A DNA stretch of 49,395 nucleotides, the filler included, from Bipalium vagum (lineage: Eukaryota): the NCBI GenBank assembly GCA_037834085.1. It is 2 parts of 2 records of this genome, joined end to end, with 100 filler letters (N's around TTAATTAATTAA, not from the genome) between each part and the next. Parts side by side here need not be neighbours in the genome. Positions count along the whole stretch, not along the records: positions 1 to 26,886 come from JBBMKC010120937.1; 1 more part is not named here. The stretch is one strand, 5' to 3'. Of the stretch, positions 1 to 13,085 are shown in pieces (position 1 is the stretch's first letter; each line of letters begins with the position of its first letter). The notes below the pieces were generated by a model, which saw only the letters and a program-made list of their open reading frames with translations, ran no database searches and was not told where the DNA came from. Made by a program: the position numbers and the translations under genes.

Positions 1-83
1 GGTCGCTAGGGAAACCTCAGAGAAATATTTATCGATGCATGGCAGAGAAGGTGTAGTAAGTAACCATTTCCTGAAGATTTTGA
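1..83 (-). CDS. Candidate internal coding exon, truncated by window edge
   Basis: TTTCAG acceptor (AG at 85-84), then an open, more GC-rich frame (x)KIFRKWLLTTPSLPCIDKYFSEVSLAT to position 1; phase 1 start. Confidence 0.3.
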
Positions 84-679
84 CTGAAACGATAATTCTA
101 AAATATACAATTTATAATGTATATTTATAATAATAATAATATTTGAAATGATAATATATTATTATATAATGATTATATTTTATAGTTTCAGTTTCTGTTT
201 CAGTTTGAGACAGCAAAATGTGATACTGTTAGGGGTCAAAGCTTGTTGGGATCCCTGGGCTTCGCAGTCATTTACCTTTACTTTATATTAATAAAAGAAA
301 AAAAGGAGAACATTATTATGTTCCACATTGATAATCGTTTTATTTTGCTGGAAAAGTTTCTAAAGATGTCATGAACAGAGAAAACATTTAAGCCAACTTT
401 TCTGGTAAAATTTGGAGAGATATTATTTAGGATAATAAGTTTTAATCTCAGTAAATATTCCCGGCTCGAATGTGCTCCTTCACCACTTTTCGGCGTATGA
501 AGATATTTTCCGGTCACAATTTATTCACTTAGCATAGACGAACCACACAAAAATCACAAAGTTAGAGCTTTGTGAGGCCTGACATAATTCTAAATAATCT
601 CGACGTCGAGAATCGAGAAAAATCTTTCTTAGTATTTATTTAAATGAACTTAAAGTACATCTATTATTATTACTATGAT

Positions 680-1048
680 ACCTCATCGGTAGTGCCTTTG
701 GCGAACCAAATAGTTTGTTAAAATAAATTATTTTCAACCGTCCCTTAAAATGATTTACATTTTGAATCATTTGAGGTTCAGATTGTTTCTGTTAGGCCAA
801 TAGTTAATATAGAAAAATCGAAATCTATTTTGTGTATTTACACCCAGCCAATCAATCCGGTCGTTGACTATCATAAATGTGATGAAAATAATTCATTGTT
901 CCCCTTTTTAATCTGGACCGGTCCGTCAAGACACGCGAATTTCCAAAAATATCGTGGTTGCATTTTGAGGGAAACCGAAACGTATGCTTTATGGTTAAGC
1001 CATTGCTTATAAAATAATACTTGAGTCTATTTCAATGGCCAGTTGCTG
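680..1048 (-). mobile_element. Tc1-like element terminal fragment (family A, copy 1)
   Basis: Minus strand reads TA-CAGCAACTGGCCATTGAAATAGACTCAAGTATTATTTTA, a Tc1-type end shared with copies at 16461-16499 and 24058; inner boundary approximate. Confidence 0.65.
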
Positions 1049-4000
1049 TAATAATAACTCTAACTATAAATAAATCGAAAAATGATTAAGCTGAGTTAAT
1101 TAAAAATCATGATTATGAGATTGAAAACTTAAATAACACAAATGATTACTCCATCTCCATAATTTATAATTCTGATGCCTTAATAAAACTTAATAATGAT
1201 GATATTAACAATTTCCAACTTGAGTTATCAATTAAAGAACTAAATAATAATTATTTTAATAAAACAAATTATAATCAATAAATCTCCAATTTAAAAAAAC
1301 AACTATTGATTATATCTCCATAAATAATTCACATAATGATCAGCTCAATTTAATTACTAATTCAAACTTTAAAATTGTTTTATCCAATACTAATGAAGAT
1401 AATGATACCACATTTCTGAATAATGCTTTGAATCCTGTTGATAATAATATTAATGTCCTGACCCTCTCAGCCAAAATACAAAATTCAAAGAAGTCAATAG
1501 CAAGGGGAAATGTCCAATTAAATCCTTCACTATTTATCACACAAATCCTTACCTAATAAATCAATTCATCCACATACTTTAGACGAAATTGCCATCTATG
1601 ACTCCGAAAATGATGAAACTGAACCAGATGAAAGTGAATTGAATTCTTTATCTGCTACCATTAATTTTAATCCTTCACTTGAACTGTTTATCGAAATATA
1701 ACCTGTATAGGGGAGGTAGTCCAAAAGATACTCTCTACAGTGCTATCTTCCTTGATAAGATAAAATTCAACAAATTTAAACAACCATATCTAATTCTTTC
1801 TTCTCCAATTTCCTCATTCATTAATAAAAATAATATTAGGGTAAATGAGTTTCCAGTATTTCTTTGCTTCTGTGGTCTAGTGTTTACTAAACATTTATTC
1901 TATGCTCACATACCAACTACAACAAATCTCTTCAACAATTCCATCCATACAAAATCTTATTGATGTTCTTGTATCGAAAGCGACATTAAAAGCAACTGAT
2001 TCTCTGGGCTGGCCATTGAAGTTTACATACAAATCAAAACCCTTGATTCTGCTCAAATCATCTTTATAAGATTTGGTCCTTCGATGATCATCTCCCGAAG
2101 CCTTCATGAACAATTCTATAAACTATTTCCCATTTCCCAACTTACGGATTGAGAAATCTTTTATGGCAAATTCACTGAAATAGTCAATGAAGGGTTCTTG
2201 CCGATAAATAGACTCCAATAATTTCTTTTAGACACCTCTTCTCCAAATTTAACCCACAATCAATTTTTGGATAACCCATTAAATAAAATAGTCCCCTCAA
2301 TATTTTATATTGATAATGAACTTTTTCTTCTCCCTTTTTTATTGAAAATCTCCTAATCCAAAATACAAATACAGACTATGGACTGTTTATATGCAGATAC
2401 AAAATAGATTATTTTATTGAAAATCGACATTTCACGACTCCTGTCAAGCCAAATATGTGAACTGAAATTAAAAATAGTTTAAATAATAATTAATTTAAAA
2501 ATTATTCATAATAAAAATAATTATAATAATGATAAAAATCGTAATTCAAAATCTGACTGCATCCACTTTTAACTGTAACATTAAACCATATTGATTATTA
2601 AAATCAATATATTGCTGAACTATTGAATATTGGACGTAGAGCAATTAATAATTTATATTAACATTTATCTATTCGCTTTCGAATCTTGATTGGTCTAAAT
2701 ATTAATAAAACAATTAATGATTTTAGGATCTTCAATGTTGTACGTGGACTTAAAATGGTGAATGGTGAGGATTTAAACTTTAGACATTTTAGTGACTGAT
2801 TTAATTTCTGCTGTAGAGAAAAGAGCGAAATTAGATAACCCAAATAAAATAAAAACAACGCTTCAATGGTTAAGTGATAGGATAAAAACCAAATTATCTG
2901 TAAATAGAACTTGGTAGACTAACATTAGAGAATCAATCAGAGCATTAAGAGAAAATTTTAAGATTGATTGCGATTTTCTTCATATTGACAGTGGAATCAA
3001 CTTAAAATGTAAAATTCCAATTAATGATACTGACTAAAAATCCTATATTATAGAGGAAAATATATAATGCTTTAAGTTACTTTAATAGTTGAAAATCGCA
3101 TTCAGTAAAAAGAGTTTTAGTCCACTGTTTTAGCTTAAATCTAAAATCATGAATTCAATCTTTAAAAGTAAATCATTTCTCTGTATGCATCTCGAGAGGT
3201 GTTTCTTTTTGAAATGAACCATTGATTGAAGGTTTTGTTTTGGAAAGTTCCTGTCTATTTTCGTTTAAGTTCTGAATTTCCGAGTACTTTATGTTTTCCA
3301 ATCTAGAAAATCTTATAACCAGTTTCTGTAGATCCTCGTCTTTTAATTCTTGGTAGGACGCTTCCTTATTACCTTTTAATCAGAGTTAAAGTCTAAGCAG
3401 ACTAGTTTTTAGTCTCGATATTTGACATTAATTTATTTCATAAAATTGGGTATTTTGTTCTCTTCTCTGTTGAGCATCCTAATTATCCTGGTTCCTCTCT
3501 CTGTAGAATTTTTTGTTAGAAGGGCGATAACCAATTCCGGATAAGTAGTAAGACTGAGTTTGGAAATATTGGCTGGTAATGGTATATAACTGGTATTGCT
3601 TAGATTCAAATCTATAAATTTAGATTAAGTAAAATGTGCCAAGTTTTTAGTTATTCTTCTATCACCTTTTATTTCAGAGAGCCGTTGGTTTTTATCAAAT
3701 CTTTTATTATTTACAAAGATCACCTGATATCTCTTTTCTTTAAAGAGCACTTCTTCAGTCCATAAATCAAACATCTTTAAACGTTGTTATTTTCTCTTTG
3801 ACTAAAATGGAAAATACTTTAGTTAGTGTTCTTGTGCTGACTTTTTCATAATAAAGTGGTTTCTGTATTAAAAAGCGGTTCGAATTAATTCACATTCATG
3901 ACAGTTAGAAAATAAGCAAAAATTTATTTATAAAAAACGAGCCTCTTTTGAGGTGGATGTGAACCTCTGTTTTGCATCATCGTCCTCTTGGGTTTTCTGT

Positions 4001-4255
4001 TTTTTTGATTTGGATTAATTTTTCATCTCCACTTGTTTTCTAATATTCCCTGAAAAATGATTAAATGAGAGATGAAAGCAAAGAAGTAAGAAGGAAAGAG
4101 GAGTTAGATAGTAAGTATAATATTGGATAATAGGGGTTACCAATATAATAAGCGTAGTTACTTATAGAGAAACAAATGAAATAAAGAGACTTACATACAA
4201 AAGAAATGATGGGAAGCAAGACATAGTTATTAATAATCATTAAATTAGTTTAATT

Positions 4256-4900
4256 TTAGATTTCCAGTGATTCAAAATTATTTCTATTTTCATTGTAAAC
4301 GTGGTTTGAGTATAAATTATATGATTCTTGAATTGCTTTTAAAATTAATAGATTAGATAAAGTATTAATGTGCTTTTTATTTAGACATATTTTCTCAAGT
4401 GCTAAGTTGTTCTTTGGGTCCCATGAACCTAGGCAACCGATAACGATTATATCTAATGACATCTGGTATCTGATGGTTCGATTTAATTGTAAACTTAAAT
4501 ACTTATATTTCTTGTTATTTTTATCTCTCAAGTTTTTTTAAAGTTAATTTTTATATCTTATAACACTTTCATGTCGAGAAAGTACATCTTTTTGTTAATA
4601 TTATCTCGAATAATTATATCTGATCTAAGTCTTGTGGTTTTTCTAAGTTCGATAGGTTTCGATTCTAGTCTATAATAAATACAATATGTCGTAAGCAATT
4701 TCCACAAAACTTCTAATACATTGTTGAGTTTTTTAATTTTACATAAAAGAAATGATTTACAGGGATTCAATATGTGAACCTGAGTTTCTACGTGTTTTGC
4801 GATTTCCGCATTTTAATTGGTGCTTAGGTTTATTTCTTTTTGGTTTATAATATAATGAAAGATTATTTTTTTGGCTTTAATGAGAAAGTGTCATTGTTTA
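4256..4900 (-). mobile_element. 3' end relic of an RLE-type non-LTR retrotransposon (NeSL/R2/Utopia-like)
   Basis: Frameshifted pieces give a CCHC-like ETQVHILNPC, LRSDIII..KKMYFLDMKV (PD..D nuclease), KKYK and IVIGCLGSWDPKN motifs; no reverse transcriptase recognisable. Confidence 0.8.
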
Positions 4901-5538
4901 TCACTAAAGTCAATATTGATAATTATTTTTCATGATTTTAGACTTAAGCTAAAACAGTAGAATAAAATTCTTTGTATGGTGTTCGATTTTCAATTATTAA
5001 CGTAACTTGAAGCCTTGTATATTTCTTTTTCTTCTATAATATATGATTTTGAGTCAGTATTATTAATTGGAATGATACATATTAAGTTGATTTCATCGTC
5101 ATTGTGAAGAAAATCGCAATCACTCTTAATGCTTTAATTGATTCTCTTATTTTAGTCAACCAAGTTCTTTTTACAAATATTTAATTATACATATGGAGTG
5201 TTATTATTAGTTCCATAATTATAATTATTATTTCTAATTTCATTAATCAGGCAGTTATGAATTCTATCTCTAGTTGACAAGTGAAGCGGAGCCTTATTAC
5301 ACATAGTTGTGAGGATTTGAGATCTCACTACCATAGACGGATCACCTTCAGTCGGAGTTTTGCTACCAGCGTCAAGATTGACTTGATTTATAGTAATATT
5401 ATTTAAGTTATTATCATTATCAGTTAGAGCGGAATCAAACAGAATTACATTATTTGACAATACAAAAGTTCCAATTTAAAGATTGTTTTATAAAAAATAA
5501 TCTCTTTATAAGTTTCTGTTTTGCTTTCAGAATACATT

Positions 5539-6362
5539 TTATTTATATCTTTTTATGCAAAATAAGATGGCTTCTGCTTCCAAAAGCTCATCTGACAAAG
5601 ATCCATGCAGATCTTCAGTGTCTGAAGAAATAAACTAAAAATTATTTTATTAAATAAATTTTATAAAAAACATTAAACAGTGAATTGTTTTGTCATGGAC
5701 ATCAAATCATTTAAAGTCACCTAAAGTTGAGAGTGTCACCCTTCAGACTGCATGAATGAATCTCTTCGGTTTATAACTTGTAATGTTTTTACAAACTCTA
5801 ATAAATCAGTCTTTGGTTCTCCTATCCGAGGTTATACAGACACTAAAGATTTGCTAAACTTGGAGACGAATTCAAGACACCATTCCCATAAAAGGTGTGT
5901 GAAATTATAAAATGCCAATCATTTTTATCTATCTCTTTTTTCAGATTTCCTAAGTCAAATTTTTCATTTCCAGACACTCCAAAAACTTGGTTCTTCAATC
6001 CGGAATATTGCTTATAATCTCTGAGAGGATGACATTGGAACCATAATAAATAAAGATTTGAATAACGAAAACCTTTCAAGAAAAACGTGCCTCATCGTTG
6101 TATTTATTATTGATGAATATCGTCACGTTGTCACATTTTGTATTCGACTGGCATATTTCTTGATATCGGTGCAAAGAACACTCTAGGTGCTTCTTTTAAA
6201 TTGAAAGGCCTTGCACTCTTCCAAGTTGCACTTCAAAGCACACTGAGATGGAGCTGAGATATTGAGAAAGCTCTTGAAAACGCACGACTGGTTTTCCTTG
6301 TAATAATTGTTGGACGTTACAATTACAATGAAGGCAGAAAATGTTATTGCCTTTCGGAGCAT
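5539..6362 (-). pseudogene. Disrupted secreted Cys-rich protein gene (PAN/apple-like, possible C-type-lectin-like tail)
   Basis: Signal-like MLRKAITFSAFIVIVTS, then SQCALKCNLEECKAFQF; after a frameshift HLECSL; later GEP-containing segment and a short terminal exon ..AILFCIKRYK*; several frameshifts and stops. Confidence 0.45.
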
Positions 6363-6919
6363 TGGTAAATTTTTAGGATGAAACTTAAAATGGCGTTCTC
6401 TCCCTTCTAAAAATAACAAGATTTTTGTAATAATTTCAACGAATAAGATTTGATAATTTCTGTTTGGGTCTGTTAGGGATCACAACAGACATTTTTATGG
6501 ATTTCATTGAGTTTGCTAAAATTACGAGGCAGTGTAATATTGTAAGAAGTAAATTTTTTGTGTGGAAGACGTACTTCTTAACTATAAAAAAAACATTTAA
6601 TCACGAAAACATTTTAATCTCAAAAAAATACATTCCTGGGTCTTCAAATCAAAATTTCCGACGAAAAAAACTGCTAAGAAATTAAATTAATAATCATTTG
6701 TTTTCGGATGAATTTGATTGTGCCTCTGAATTAATATATATTGTTAAGACATCCCTACGTGTTTTTGATATGGAAAAACAGGACATAAACAAAAATTTAA
6801 ATAAAAGTGCAGGACTGAGAAGAAAAAGGAATTTTCAAATTAATTATAAAATAAGCAACACTTTATTTAATAACACTTTTACACCATCTTCTTTTTCATT
6901 TTTTTTAATCTTCACTTAG

Positions 6920-7860
6920 TTTATTTCACTCTTTTTTGTCAACCTTTGTTTTTCACCAATCCTCGACAGCGTAGAATACAACATATATAACATACTCAAA
7001 AGGTACCTTTACCTGTTAATGATTATATTCTTTTAATATTTTCGAGATTAAAAGAATAGTACACCCCATTTAAAACATTCAAAAAATAATTTATAAATCA
7101 AACCATAAAATGTGAACACAAGCTAATATCAATAACAATAAAAGTGAAACGGTGTTTCAATAAATCAAAAAATGAAATCAAAATATAAATCAGTAACAAT
7201 AGTCCTTTCATCCTTTTACTGCTCCAGTAAAATACTAACCGTATCGAACACAATAAAGCCTTGGATTGTTAATATAAAAGAACCGTTCATTTCCAAATGA
7301 CCAAGTGTTAAATTCTGTTCTCTCTTGAATCATACCATTGAATATAAAAAACCGTCAACACATTCCATATTGTCATATTTGGGTTTCAAAGATTTTTTTT
7401 CTTTTTGGAATTTTTGATTCGAAACTTAACTCGTTAACTCTTGCTTTATTTTTTTAATTGATAAGGATAACATTAATATTGCTCTCTTTTTAAAATTACT
7501 TTTCAGTTCACTCCACGAAAACAATTTTTTAATATTTTGGATTTCCGTTCCCGATTCAGCGAAAAACCTGATGGTCCTAACCGTATATATGTTGAATTCG
7601 TGCATTGAGACTGTAAAAACTGCAACTGTATCTAACAAAAAATTTCTGTGTATCCACAGAATGAATTATTAGAAAATAAGCAACTTGAAATTATCCCTAG
7701 TCCAAAGGATATTTTCCTAATGTAACATTTGCTAACGACTTTGTTAAAGTATTTATCATCATCATCATCACATTCTCCGTTGTTACCAATTGGTAAATCA
7801 TTGACAATAGCCATAAAACATTTGCATCAAAATATTTCCATTCATACAATTTTATTTAAG
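6920..7860 (-). pseudogene. Disrupted gene relic, possibly a membrane protein
   Basis: Overlapping ORFs 7632-7814 and 7426-7638 joined by a frameshift in a homopolymer, further coding-like stretches with stops and a hydrophobic segment near 7110-7200; no family recognised. Confidence 0.3.
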
Positions 7861-7938
7861 CTGATTTCATTTCTATTTACAAAAAAGAAAACAAAAAATT
7901 CATTTATTTATATTTAAACATTAAGGTTTTCGTTTCAC

Positions 7939-8718
7939 TCAGAGATCCGTTTCCATTTTCGTTCCGATCGGCTTTTCAGAGCAATTTGGGCAAACGTGAA
8001 TTGAACTGTGGAGAAACTCATCGCAGTCGGCACAATAATCCATCGTACAGTGACCGCACTTGTAACTCTATTTTTGATAAGAATATATAATTTGAAAGAG
8101 AAATTTATCCATTTTCGAAAATGTGAATGTATCATCTTTAATAATTTTCCTCTTAGAATTTTTAATTTTTTTTAAGGTCAAGGTTAAGTTTAAGACATTT
8201 TTTATTTTCTCTACACTATCTGCAAAAAGTAATCATACAATCGCTTTTCCATAAAAATGTTAGATTTAGAAAAAAGAAAGAAGCTTATGAAATGAAACAA
8301 AGTATTTATAAGTAGTACTGATGTGACTCCTTGCATTTAACAAAACGACTTATAAAATTTAATTATAAAACAAAATAAAATTAATGCAAATATTTGTAGT
8401 GTGACAGTATTGTTCATATCAGTTTGTTTTAATAATATTGATTGACCGATATATTTAAAATAAAAGTAAATAGTTATTATTTTTCTTATAATTTAATATT
8501 TCTATTTTTAAAAATTTTAAAATATTATTTAAAATGATAATATTTATAAATACTTTTTCACTTTCTTACAATTATCTTCGATTTTCGAAAGTGTGATATT
8601 ATTTTATAATTTTTTTTTATGATTTTTCGTTATATTATTTATATTTTATTTAAAAATGAATAATTTTTAAAATTATTTCCATAAAATTTTAATACATTAT
8701 TTTCGAAATATTTTTTTC

Positions 8719-8779
<61 letters not shown>

Positions 8780-9761
8780 TTAATTTAGATTTTAATAATT
8801 TTAATTTTAATAATTTTTTTATAATTATATATTATTTTTAAATTTTAATTAGTGCTTTTCATTTCATGTATTTTAAATGTCTTTGTTTTTAAATTAATAA
8901 ATTAATTTTATGTTTTGTTAAGAAATTATTTATTTTTATTGATAATACTTTTAGAATTGTTAAAATCTTAAAAATACTCTATTTTTTTTTAATTAATTTT
9001 TTTATGAAAAAATTTAGTTTTTCATTTATTTTATTTTTGACAAAATTTTAATTTTTTTTTGAAAAATAATTTTTAATTTTAAATAATTTTACTTAATGTT
9101 TCTTTTAAAAATTATTCAAAATGCAAAAAGAAAGAGAGAGAGAGGAAAGCAAAGAATGAAAGAGACTCACGAATTCTTCCTTCTCGATGGTCTTCATACA
9201 AGCGGAGCATCTATTGGCACACGGATAAAGAACCAGTCAAAAATATAAGAAAACAGAAAGATAAAATCGATACTTTCTGTGGCCGTCAAGATTTTCGCCG
9301 ATTTTCGATTCATGGAAGACGTCCAGTGGGAACAGGTGATGATAGGATCTGGCGAGATGGGGAGCCGAGACGAGGATGAGACCGCAGTTGTTGCATTCGA
9401 TTGGCACTTCGCAGTATGCGGAATCACAGCGCGGGCACAAGAACATTTGGGTCACGTCGGCAAAGTGGTGGTCGAAGTGACTGAACAAGGGACAAATGAA
9501 TCAAGATGTCGCGACAAAGAGAGGAAGAGAGGATTGTAAAATAAGTCTCTCTTACCAATTGCAAAGTTTGAACAATCGATCGAATTTTTTGTAACTGGGA
9601 AAACCTGATCGATGAAAAATTATTAAAACATTTATCGATCGATCATTGATCATAACAGAAATGAAAAAATATTATTATTGATATTTTAAAATATTAATTT
9701 CGAATGAATAAAATATCAATACCAACCCATGTGAATTAAGCAGGCTTCGTTTTCTTTCTAA

Positions 9762-9840
<79 letters not shown>

Positions 9841-12800
9841 GATAATAATAGATAATAAAAGAAAGAAAACCAACCAAGCTTGGGGGAGGGAGCACCAAAT
9901 TCTGAAAGCTGTACTTTAAATCGATTTCATCGAGAATTACTTGGAATTTTCCTGTAAATATCGATAGATGATCATTAAAAAAGGAAAAATAATAAAACCT
10001 TTAGTAACTTTAGCCAATTTTTTGAAAATGTACACTTCTGCCGACAACAAAATGGCTGAACAGCGAATGTTACTCTGTTGCACAGACTAAAACAATTTCA
10101 TTTTAGCAAAAATCAATAAAAAATTTCAAAAAAATTAACAATTATAAAAGTATTTATATATATGAACACGTTTTATATTGAAAAATAATAGAAAATCAAT
10201 AAAACTTAACCAATAAAATTCGTGATCAATATTTCAATTAAAATAATATTACAGGGTTATGTATAACATAAACAGGGTTACATTTATGTCTTTCTATATG
10301 CACTATTACACAAGCCTATATGTACTTAAAATTTTTAAAAATCAATATATATAAAAATTAGGATGCTAGTTTAATTATATCAATCAATGTCAAGGAAAGC
10401 AAGAAAAACCATAACAGTTGAATATGATCTTGCAGTTTAGATGTAAAATATTCAGAAAATATTCTTTAAGGTATATAATATCTACACTGGAGATCAGTAT
10501 TGGTGCTTGACGAAATATTCTTTCTTAACGAGAAAATAGTGAATCATTCCTTCCTGCAATAGAAAAGTATAAAAAAAAACTATAGCAGAAAAAACTTTAT
10601 CCAATATAATTGAACAAACTATATTCAAAAAATTTTCCTGCAATAATTCTGTCATCCAAAAGGGAATTCAAGAAAAAGTGTTGATGCTACAAATACGGTA
10701 TTTTCACAGTCAAATATTTCCAGGAAAATTAAAAAGATTAAAGTTACAAGAAAGAGGCTTTCCTTGGTTCCAAATGAAACGAACACCCAGATACGATTCG
10801 TGAACGTTCTATCTATGCTACTGATATTGCAAGGTTTGCCGATGAATTTTTAATATTTCTAGATGAAACAGATTTTAATGAGCATACGAATCGATAATAT
10901 GGTTGTTCACCTGTGAACACAAATTCCTGCTAATCGAAATATTGGATCTTTTACTTTTTTTCCTCCAAAACTTATTTTTTTCCGTTTTCCCCCCAAAAAA
11001 TTATCTCTTCCGTTTTTTCCCCTTAATAAAATTCTCTTCCGGATTTTTCCCACAAAAAAATCAATATTAAACCAATAAATAATAAGATAATAAAACAAAA
11101 AAACATCAATAACTAATCTTTTTTTAGATTCAACAATTGTTCTAATCATCATTGAAAACAATCTTTCTATATCCATTCTTTCTGATACAATCCGATCTTA
11201 TCTCCCAAGATACATTTTTAAATTTTTATTTAACTTTTACCCAATAAGATTCTATTTTTTGTGTATTCGCGTGTTTTTGGGTCTACAAAATATTTATAAT
11301 ATAATGAATGGTTGACTTTCAAATGACGAAATCAAATTTTTTCAAATCATTATAAGCTTTCCATTGATCACTTATAATAATTGTACCCTCTCGGCACACA
11401 TTTTTTTACTATTGGTAGTAGAGTGTCTGCTTCGTGTTCAGTTGCACATCTCGATGATATTTATGTTTGTATATTGGTATGTATATAATGCAAATTATTT
11501 GTCTATTTATAATGTAACCAAATAAAATTCTCTTCAGTTTTTTCCCAATTGACAAAAAAGATAAAAGATCCGAAATATTAACAGAAGCCTGGTTTGTGTT
11601 ATTGGAGCTGAAAGAGAAATCGCTCAGCAATACAAAACTGGATCATATTAATCTAATATGTTTAGTGAGTTTCTTAATAATTGTCTTGCTCCATGTTTTT
11701 TAAGGAATCCAAATAGAATTCTTATCATTAATAATGCAAGAATTCAGAAGATTAATGAAGCGACTTTAAAACGAAACAATATTACTTATGAGTTTCTGGT
11801 TTCATATTCACATGAACTCAACCTAATCGAAGAATTTTTCTCAATGTTGAAATCAAGGTTCCATTCTCTTAAAAGTCAAAGACCACAGCTGTGTATTGAA
11901 GAAACCTAAGTATTGTATTCTCAATAGATGACCATTTCAGTGACCAATGTAGAGGTTTTTCTAGAAATATGAGGCGATTAGTTGCTAAAGCAAGAATGAA
12001 TGAACCATTTGTTTAATAATAAGTTGCATTTTTAAATTAAATAAAATAAAACTGTTAATTTTTTTTTGAAAAAAGTACATATAGAAATACATAACCCAGT
12101 GATATAAAACCAATAAATCGTAACGATATTGATAAAAAATTAATAAAAAAAAAATCAATAAATCATAATTTCAAAAAATCATTGAAATAATAATAATTTG
12201 TTTTGCAAAATCGATTTTGTAATAATTATGTAAAAAAAGAATAAAATTTTAATTTTGTACTAAATAAAAAAAACCAGTTTTCCCACCGTTATGACGTCGT
12301 CAATGTTGTCGCGGTCACAGGATGTGAGACTGGCAAGCAACAAGATCACTTCTCGTGTGGCATATGACGGAATATGTCTGAAATGAAAACCCGGTCGAAA
12401 AAGAGTGGAAGAAAGCAGGTTTCAATGATGATAAAATTGCTACTAAGCAGTCCCTACTTCAAAATTGACTCGGAGCAGCGTAAAATGTTCTCCAGAGATA
12501 GTTCGCCTTCGCACTTGTCTTCTGACAAGCTCTGTAGGGCGTCAATATGTTTCTTAGGGTTGCCTGGAAAAGTAAAAATACCTGTATTACAAAGATAATG
12601 GATAAATACAAGGTTATTTACCACCGAGACTGGTTAATTTCTGCACGGTGCCGTTTTTCACCGTAAATATTCCCAGTTGGCTGATTGGATTCTGGTCAAA
12701 ATAATTCTCTACAAATGTCTTGGCGTTCTACATATAATGTTATCGTTAAAGTATAACAACGAAACGTTCACCTTTATAGAAAATGCTAATCGTGTTGGTT

Positions 12801-13085
12801 TCAAGTCCAAAATCTTCATGGCATCAGTCATGTCTATGAACAACAAGGTGTACCGCATCTTAAATAGTTTATTTTAACTGGTATTGAGACATAAATCCGT
12901 ATTCTTATTCTCACCATTCCCAATCTTATATTGTTCGGTCGTTTCTGGCTTTTACGCTTTCTTTCCGATTCCAGTTTTTGAGCCAAATAAAATAACGACT
13001 CTTCTTCCTCAATGATGGCAAAATTGTTTTCGTTTTCATGTTGCCAAGTGTAACCTTGAGACTCGTCTATATCACCACCAATCAT
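7939..13085 (-). CDS. GTF2H2: General transcription factor IIH subunit 2 (p44/Ssl1), 12 exons, 393 aa
   Basis: Exons 13085-12915, 12858-12772, 12727-12622, 12563-12458, 12377-12287, 10086-9999, 9951-9875, 9757-9727, 9604-9556, 9480-9274, 9210-9171, 8067-7939; all GT-AG and phase-compatible (1182 nt). Motifs [60 protein letters not shown] and C-terminal CGHC..CADCD..H..H.CPNC. Confidence 0.97.
8722..8777. repeat. (ATT)n microsatellite
   Basis: Perfect trinucleotide run in the last GTF2H2 intron. Confidence 0.95.
9762..9837. repeat. (AAT)n microsatellite
   Basis: Perfect run filling most of a 117-bp GTF2H2 intron. Confidence 0.95.
10252..12100 (+). mobile_element. Decayed IS630/Tc1-like DDE transposon in GTF2H2 intron 5
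   Basis: Ends TA-CAGGGTTATGTAT / ATACATAACCCAG; ATG at 10387; motifs [15 protein letters not shown] and [16 protein letters not shown]; stops and frameshifts; interrupted by a Merlin insertion. Confidence 0.85.
10944..11571 (-). mobile_element. Merlin (IS1595/IS1016-like) internal-deletion derivative
   Basis: TIRs GGATCTTTTA..TAAAAGATCC, perfect 8-bp TSD GAAATATT (10936-10943 and 11572-11579), tandem subterminal repeats, relic KVNHS..FVDPKT..IESYW. Confidence 0.85.

Noticed and set aside
440-600. Possible gag zinc knuckles (FLCGSS..NCDRK..GEGAHSS) on the minus strand
   Set aside because: Needs several frameshifts and substituted ligands; too degraded to call
1010-1042. Repeated 33-mer ending in CAG as a spliced-leader exon or CRISPR repeat
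   Set aside because: Dispersed rather than arrayed, ends in CTG-TA and abuts transposase relics; it is a Tc1 terminus
1050-3100. Asn-rich relic with LCFCG..H and a YKDDL RT-like motif
   Set aside because: Motifs are on opposite strands and lack supporting RT blocks; probably TE-derived but unclassifiable
9279-9539. Antisense or alternative-frame ORFs over real exons (also 12374, 14061, 14970, 15260, 29622, 38430)
   Set aside because: Shadows of GC-richer coding sequence
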